Source: Camelus ferus
Lineage: Eukaryota
Assembly (NCBI RefSeq): GCF_009834535.1
Contig: NC_045697.1
Coordinates: 44,146,001-44,210,000 of the forward strand
Direction of reading: 5' to 3'
DNA: 64,000 nucleotides
The notes beneath the pieces were generated by a model. The model had not been told where the DNA came from, ran no database searches, and saw only the letters and a program-made list of their open reading frames with translations. The position numbers and the translations under genes were made by a program. How positions within the stretch are numbered: the stretch's first letter is position 1; the number at the start of each line of letters is the position of its first letter. Shown here piece by piece: positions 25,401 to 34,400 of the stretch.

Positions 25401-28400
25401 GCAGATGTAGATCCTGGAGGTGGACTGTATGTTGTTCCCCCTCGGGCTTATTAACTATGGTGCCATGATATCATGTCTTGCATGGGGAGTTAGACTGTGA
25501 AGTCACTGTTTAAGACAAAAATAAGAAATCATTTACAGTCAGTTATCCTTGATCACTCCTTTCTTCAGTTAAGACCCCACTGAAGAAGTTGGCTTATGAT
25601 TAGGAGCCATAATGTATGAAAAACATCTGTCCATAAAGCTCCACACAGTGAGATTTCAAACTGGGATTACCTCTCTCCCCTCACATTTTGCTGGGGCATG
25701 GGCTTGAGTAGAGCTCAAACTGAACTGAACTCACCAATTAATTGCTATATTCTCTTGATTCCTCTCCCCCCAAGTAAAGATAGTTGAGTTCCTGTAAGCT
25801 GTATGTCCATATGAAGAACCTCCACTGCATGCTTTTGACTGAAGGCTGGGCCTGGCCCAGCTGTGAATATCTGACAAATTTAGAGTTGCTGTGTTAGTTT
25901 TCAGCCTTCTTTCCTCTTGTCCACTGCCAGAACCTTTAAAGCTCTTAAGAGAATGCTCTTGGTTTCTGGAAGACATATGCTAAACAGTCTGCAAATCTGT
26001 ATATTTTTACAGAAAAGAGCATATGAAATGGTTACATATTTACTGGGCCTGTTCCCATTTATTGTCACACTCATCATGTGACCCGAGAAATTACAGTTTC
26101 TCCAGAATGCAGATACCTGGGGCTCCCCAAATCCGGCCGTAAAGTGGCACCACCTTGTTAAGATTGTCTGACGTGCTTTTTATGTGACAAGCGTCGTGCT
26201 GAAATCTGCACAATAGTGTAGAAATCCTCCCATTTTTCTTTAAAACCCTGCTACTTAAAGTGGGTTTTGACCAACAGCCTTGGCATTACTTGGCAGCTAG
26301 CTGAAACAATCCAGTCTCAGGCCCTATACTATACCTAGTGAATGAGAAATAGACATTTTTATAAAATCCTCAACTGACTTATAGTCACAGCTTTAAATAA
26401 TATTAAAATGGAGACAGTTATAATTTGTTAGGAAGTGATCTTTTCCCCCTCCCACCATGATATTACTGAGCTTCATTGATCAAATAGCAGAAAAACAGTT
26501 CATGCGAACAATTAGGGAAATAATGTTATTTTAAATAGGAAGGAACAAAAATTTAAAAGAGACAGATGGCACAGTAAGAGACAAAACTAATGTTTAAGAG
26601 TTAATTGGATCTGAAACAATTTAAATGAATTTGTTTTGCTCACAAGTTGATTACTTTCTTAATTAGATAGGAGACATTTCACATGACTTGATTAAATAGT
26701 TAAAGTTTCATTCCCTTTTAAAATTAGATTGTTCTTTCTTGGGGTTGATGGAAGAAGAAACAATTATAAAATGAGTAGAGTTTAGAATGTCTTTGATGAT
26801 AATACTGTGTAAGTGACTTTTACATTTTGTCTACAGAAAATCAGTCTATGCAAGACCAGGCATCTATATTGGAAGGTGAACTGGTTACAAAATATACCTT
26901 TGGAAGGCTTTGAATCATTGAATATAATTAATGAATGGACATTCACAATTATGCATGTGAACTTCAAAGCTGATGATATCCTAAATCTGATCAGTATCAT
27001 TTTTTAAATTTGGCTTTTTAATTGACTCAAATCTTATAACTGATTGAATTAACATAGTGGCACAAATGATCTTAAATCATAAACGTGTATTTTATATAGA
27101 CATAAAGACATAGCTATACCAAGATTGTCTTAGATATAAGAAAGATTAGAAGGTGATGGGAGCTTTGAATGATTAGTCTCTGTATAACCAGAACTTTAAG
27201 AATTTACTAAGCAGATAGCAGCATATGGTGTAATACTTCATGATTAGCTCTTGAGTGTTTTGAGGCTCATTTGACATTCTGTTAATTCTATTTTTAAAAT
27301 CAAGGCAAATGAGTGCATGCTGGTTACAAGATTTTGTTTTTAAAAAGTTTCTACGACATTATGTATGTTCCTTGGTTTGCTAGGCAATTTTGTTAAGATT
27401 TAATATCGTGGATAGCGATAAAACAAGCAAGAGGTAAAATACTGAAAGAATGTTTAATTTATTGAAAGAGGAGTAATTTTTTGCTTTTACATACATACAC
27501 ACGCAGAACTCAATAAAATATAAAATGATTATATTGTGATTCAGCAATTATCCTATTTCTGGCATGTTTAATTCCTTTTTTCTTTAAAGATACTGTCATT
27601 AAGATACTTAATGAGTTATGCTATTGATGTCCATTTCTCACTGAGATTTTGAGGGAATTTTTTTGAGGGAGGAGGAAACTCACTAAAGGTGATAGTAGTT
27701 TAATTTTATATTTGCTACCAAATTTTTGTGTGTATGTGGCATTAAAAAAACTTATTACAAATATTTGAATGCTATTCTCTGTAAGTAATTTCTAAAGCAA
27801 AGATTGTAAAACTTATGTTGTGTAGTTGGGCTCTGGTTTTTTTTTTTTTTTTTTTTTGATTTGCTTATGCTGAATTGCTTATGTTAAATTGCTCTCTATT
27901 TCTTGGGAAATAAGAGGTTGCTGCTTTTTTCTTTTTGTGTATATGTTGACTATATCAGAAGCCTTTTTTTTTTTTTTTAGCAGACTCAACTGATGTATTT
28001 TTTTCTTTTTTTCGTTTTTTTGTTGTTTTTTTGGGTTTTGGGGGGGCCAATTAGGTTTATTTATTTGTTTGTTTTTATTTATTTATTTACTGGAAGTACT
28101 GGGGATTGAACCCAGGACCTCGTGCATGCTAAGCAGGTGCTCTACCACTGAGCTATACCCTGCCCCTGTTTTTTATTAGGAGAGAATTGTTTGATCTTTG
28201 AAGATTATATACCAATATAGGCATAAAGACTTCACTATTCTTAAATTTAGCAGAACTCTTTTACTTAAAAGGAATTAATGTCAAGATATTTTGCTTTCTA
28301 AGCCAAGTCCTTGTGATTATTAGAGGTAATGAATTTGAGAATCCAAGGCTACATAGTGACACTAGCAGCTCAGCTGGTAAAACTTTTGTTGACAGTTATC

Positions 28401-31400
28401 TCAGGATAAAGGTAGCGTTTGAAGGTATTATATGATGGATACAATTTAGTTTTCTCCTTTTCAGGATTCTAAAGGAAAATGCCCTCTATTATCTGTTATA
28501 GGTCCTCAGAATGGTTGGAATGATCCTCCAGCTTTGAACAGAGTACCCAAGAAGAAGAAGGTACTAGAAAAAGATGTCTATTCAGTGCCTACAGATGTCC
28601 TGTCAGTCATGTACCCACCTGAATCACACTACACTTCACTGTTCTTTTTAAAGGCAAAGCTTAAATCATGATATACTTAATGAGTGCATTTCAGCTTACT
28701 AATCCGTGAAGGGAAGGAAAGAAAGCACAAAACAATATGGTGGTGTGAATCAAACCCCTCTCAGAAAGCAAGATGTAAATTCCCAGCACATCTCTTTGAA
28801 GGGGTAGGAAACAAATTTGGTTTTGGGTTCCAGCAGTAACCATGAATTTGTAATTATATTTTGGACTCTTTTTGTCTATCACATAGAACATGAATGAAGA
28901 AATAGCCTTGTAGCTGAGCATAATTTAGATGTCTGTAACTGTTCAGAGCTGTTTGAGCATAACAAGGATTCTTCTCTCCTTCTTGTACCCCAAGCTGTTT
29001 TCTACTTTTTTTTTTAACTCCTAGTGATTTCTGTCCCCCAAATATAATAATGAGAGGCCAGAACATAAAATCGGGAGATACTAAATGAGTGAAAAAAAAT
29101 TGGGGTCAGTGATAATCAGAAACTTAATCTACTACTTTTAGTGTGATTGATCACTAAGTAAATATTGTTAGTGATCTAGGAAAAGGGTATTACATCTGAT
29201 CGCATTAAACACACACAAACACACATTTGGCTATCGGATCCAGTATTGCTAGGTGCAGTTTTCCAGACTTTGACATCCTCTTTCAAAAACACCATGGTTT
29301 TGGCTCCCCATTATGTTGGTTAAAGTGTGAAAAGCAGAGGGGAAACTGAGAGGTCCAGGTTTACGGTCAGAACCCTCTTAGCCAGTTTAGCTCTACTTTT
29401 ATGTTTTACTCTAGAATTCTTCAGAAAATTTCATTTAAAGAAAATTCTACTATTACTAAAAGTTTTTTTAACCGTGAAATAGTCTAACTCCCTTATTTTA
29501 AGCTAAGAAAATGTTGCTATTTTTGGGGGGATTTTTTCCTTACTCTTGGTACTTTCTATTTCCATCTTTTAAAAGATGCCTGAAAACTTTATGCCTCCTG
29601 TTCCCATCACATCACCAATCATGAACCCCTTGGGGGACCTCCAGTCGCAGATGCTGCAGCAACAACCTTCAGCTCCACTGTCAAGCCAGGCTTCGTTCCC
29701 ACAGCCACATCTTCCAGGTGGCCAGCCCTTCCATGGCGTACAGCAACCCCTTGGTCAGCCAGGCATGCCTCCGTCTTTTTCAAAGCCCAATATCGAAGGT
29801 GCCCCAGGGGCTCCTATTGGAAATACCATCCAGGTAACAGTAAATCTGTATAACTGGGAGATGACTCTATCTATTTCAGTACTTATTTTAATCTAACTTT
29901 TATGGTTACACCTTTTTTAATGAACTTCTCAATTTGGCTTCAAGTTAGACAATTTAAGTAAAAAATAGTAACTTTTTTTTTAATTGCTCATATATGTATA
30001 TTTTTCAATTACATGGCTATATACAAACTTTCTAGAAGGGGCTTATATATTTACTACTATATGTTTACAATAACTTGGTAATTGCAGTATTTTATTTGAC
30101 CTAATCAGCAGCCACAATTTGCTTCATTGAATCCGTATTTGCATCGAAGGTTGCTAAGCAAAAGCTGTTTCCAAAGGTTTTTTTTTCTTTTTAATCTTTG
30201 AAATGTGAAATAAAGTGCAGTGAGTTATATCTTTTCTCGTGTATGCGTAAAAGCTAATAATACAGCCATATCTTCGGATGGAGATTTAATTTGTATGCTT
30301 TTCACATACAAACAGTTAGTTGGAAGGGCTCCAGATGATGAGAAATCTATCACATTTCCATATAACTGACGTAGACATACAAAGGTAAACAATTTGATCT
30401 AGTCATGAAAAGCAGAGAGGTTGGGTCACACTGCAACCTAAGAAGATGAAACAAATTCCTGCCCAAGTATAAAACTAGTTCTTCTGCCTGTTTTTGTCTT
30501 TGACTCATTGAAGTCAAGTTTGTAAAGACTGGATCTCTGTCACAAGAGTGTACTTTGCTGTTAAGAGATAGTTTTGCCTAAGGAACTTCTAAATATTAGC
30601 AGTTGCATTATAAAAACCAGTGTTTTGATGGAGGTAGGAGGACCTGCTTCTTTCCAGAAGAATATATATTATAAAGATGCATTGCTAATTTTTATGATTA
30701 CATATCTATGCTGTTTGCGAAGCCATTCACTTTTGTTAAGAGCTGGGTGCTCATGCTGTGTTCACCTAGACTAGAACCTCAGTTACCATCGAAAGGGAGA
30801 GCTGCCTGGATGTATGTGTTCAGCCAGGCATTAATATCCAGCTCCCTGCCCACTTGGATGTCTCTGAGGCACCTCACACTCAACATACCCACAACCTAAT
30901 TCATAGTCTTCCTCCCAAACCTAGTCATCTTTTGGTGTGTCTTATTTGGATTAATGGCATCGTAATCCTTTCTGTTTAATCCAGCCAAAAACCCAGGAAT
31001 CACGTCTATACTCTTTGTCCTTTAATCTGTCTTTCAGATCTATCCCCAAGTCTTATTGATATTACTTTAAAATATCTGTCCATTCCCTGTTCTACGTTTC
31101 CAGTCTGGTCCATGCTACCTTCGTCTCCAGTCTTCAGTAGTGCAGAAGCCTCTAACTGGTCTGCCAGCATCTACTTTGACCCATCTCTTATCTGGTCTTA
31201 TCTCCTCGTTGCTTAAAACATTACAGCTTCCCATTGTTCTTGGAATAAAGACCAAAATACTTCACGTTGTCTGGAAGCCATCAGCTCATACTCCTCCTTG
31301 CTCTCCCTCTGCTCCAGCCATACTGGCCTCCTGTCAGTCCCTTGTATCATGATCCTTCCTTTGTACACGTTTTTCTGTCTGCAGTGCTTTTCCTTCCCAA

Positions 31401-34400
31401 TTTAATTGGTTAACCCCTACTTATCCTTCTGGTATAACTTTCTTAAAGAGCCTTCCCCTCAGTTAAATCCCAGTTATGTTGTCTGTTGATTCCACTAATG
31501 TTAATCACAGTTACTGTGCATTTATGATATTTTTAAACTTTCTTTTCCATTAGCCTGTAAACTCCCTGAGGGATGAGCTTATTTCCACGTTGGCTCACCT
31601 ATGTGTACCCAGCGCCTGATACATAATTGGCTCAATATGTTTGAATGAATGAACTAATCAATTAAAACTTTAAAAAATGACACATTCCCTCTTGGTTTTC
31701 CCATGTCTACATTCAGTAAGATCATGATCTCTTTTAACCTTTGGCTTAATCTTGCAGTTTAATTATACCCCAGTTAACAGCCTCTAAGAGTAAACCAGGG
31801 AAGACTGTCAGGATGAACAGAAGTGAGCCAACAAGCAGAGCAGGAAGCAGCCACTCCATCCTGCCACCTCTGTAAATGCCTGTTCTTTTCATTTCCCGCT
31901 GGCACAGGTCTCCTCCCTATCAGTTTTGTACAGTGTGATTAACATCTGTTCCATGATTAATCAAATGCTTTATATCCAGTCCTACTTTTGAAAATAGAAG
32001 CCGTAGGAAGAGTGCCTGTATCTTCTGAATACCTGATTTTTATTTTTACTTATCCCAGGTGATTTCACATGTTAATTTTTCTTTTGATTTTGAATAGCCT
32101 GTCTACAAGGTAGCTGGTTTCTTTTTATCACAGATTCAGGGTTTTGTGTATAGATAGCTTCTGGTCATTTCTAGTCATTTTGTGGTATTATTTCTTTCAG
32201 CATGTGCAGTCTTTGCCAACAGAAAAAATTACCAAGAAACCTATTCCAGATGAACACCTCATTCTAAAGACCACGTTTGAGGATCTCATTCAGCGCTGCC
32301 TCTCTTCAGCCTCAGATCCTGTATGTATTTTTTATTTTGCTTCTTCAAAGAATCCCTTTTGGACCTCTTCTGTAATTATTGTGATTACTGTATTTATATA
32401 ATTATGCATGCATACATAATTATTGTAATTATATAACATATCTTACAAGGTATATTTGGAAGTTTATACACAAGTAATAAAGCTAGCACTTACATATCAT
32501 CTGCTTTACATCTAAAAACATTTAATTGTTTTTTATATATAAATGTATTTAATCCTTAGAACAGCCTCATAGTAGGTAGATTTGTCATATTTATTTTACA
32601 GAGAGGAAGTTAAAGCAAGAAACAGTTACATAATAACCGGAGTCAGAGCCAGCTTTCAAACCTAGTCTGGTTCCAGACTTTGTATTCTCAGCTACTAGGC
32701 TGCACTGCGTCTCATCCGCAGACCTCATGTCTGGCACAAAAATAGAACAGAGTGGTGGTATGCAGGAGACTCAGATTTGGAGTTTCTTTTTGAGCTTACA
32801 TCAAAGCTTTTAAAAGTAGATAGACAATCTTTAACTTTGTAAAGATCTTAAAAATAGTTAAATGTTTTAGATATTAGAGTCATATTCATAATTAAAGCAA
32901 CTGATTTTACTTAGTTTACTAGAGGAGGCCTGTGTATTGGCAACAACAAAAATTCCACAAAGCCAGTCTTGTTTTAGATGAAATTTCAGTTTCTGCCAAC
33001 AAACATTGAATATATTTATTTAGTCACTGGCCACTTGTCTGCTTGAAAAAACAGCTTCTGGAATTTGTTGTTTCATCAAACATTGAGGATTAATGTGTGC
33101 AGCCTTCTGCTAGTCTTTTGGAAAGCAATTCCCTATACTGAAAGTGTCAGGAAAGCAGAGGCAGGGAAAGGTCAGCATAAACTTTAGCACCTGGCATCCT
33201 GGGCGTGATGGAAAGACCAAGCTAAGAGCAGAGAGCAGGTGAAGCTGATAAAGCAGGTAGGTGTACAGTTATCTCCTGTGCACACCTCTAATAGAGAGAT
33301 CACCATCACGCAAAAATAGAGAGTCCTGGGGAAAATTCCAGTCTTCCTTGGGGCATGAGTCAGTCAGTGTAAATAGAGGTTGGGAGGACACACAGTACAC
33401 GGCCCAGCTTAAAAAAATTTTGTTGAGCTTAACCTCCTCTAGGTCACCAAATCATCCTCCTTCTGGTTACCCAGGAAGATGGGTACCCTGGGCGGAAGAG
33501 GAAGACAAACTGTTTCTGAAACTAGCTGGGCGAGAAGTTCCCGTACTGCCCAGGGAGCCCGCCCGCGGCTGTGGGGCCCCCGCTGGTAGCTGGTGGGGTT
33601 AACTTCGCACCCTCCACAAAAGCCCATTTTAATCAATACTTGAATTCATTTTTGTAGTATGGCTTTATTCCTGTTTTCACTTCAGTTGTTTCTAAACAGT
33701 GTGATCTGGCAGCACAGCTTAGTTTGTATGGTGACCCTTGGTGGCTTGTCTCTTCCTCTCCCCTCCTCTGGCGCACTGACATCCCTTCTCAGCATACCAA
33801 GAGCGCGTCAGCGGCCGAGACTTTGCTCCTGCTGCTCCTTCCGCCTGGAGCTCCTCAGCCGCAGAACCGCATTGGTCCTCCTCCTCCTTCCTGCCGGGCT
33901 TCTGCTCCGATGCCCATTAGCCAGCAGGCTTTCTTACCACCTCATACCCCCCAGCGCTTCTGACCCCCTCCCCCTGTTAGCTTTTCATCTTGGCACTCAT
34001 TACCACCTGACAGGCAATATATTATTTATTTAGCATCCTTTTCCCACCCACTGGAATACGAGCTACACGAGACATAAGACTGCCTGGCACAGAGTTGGCA
34101 CTCAATAAATACTGGAAAGTGTTGCCACTTCTAAGGCTGTTGCGTAATGTAGGTCATTAAGTTAATCACAGTATAATTTTAAACCTTCACTTTTAGAATA
34201 GTTTTCTCTCATTTTACTTACGGTACTAGGATGGGGATAGGACTCCTTAATTTAAGAGCTTATTTTAACACTTCCCTCTTAAGAATCTTAAGATAACTAG
34301 GAGAGAGTTTTCTCTTTTTGGGTTTTGGATTTTTGGGGGGTTTTTGTGGGGTTTGTTTGTTTTTGTTTTTGCTTTGGTGTTTTAAAGGCCCAGAATAAGG

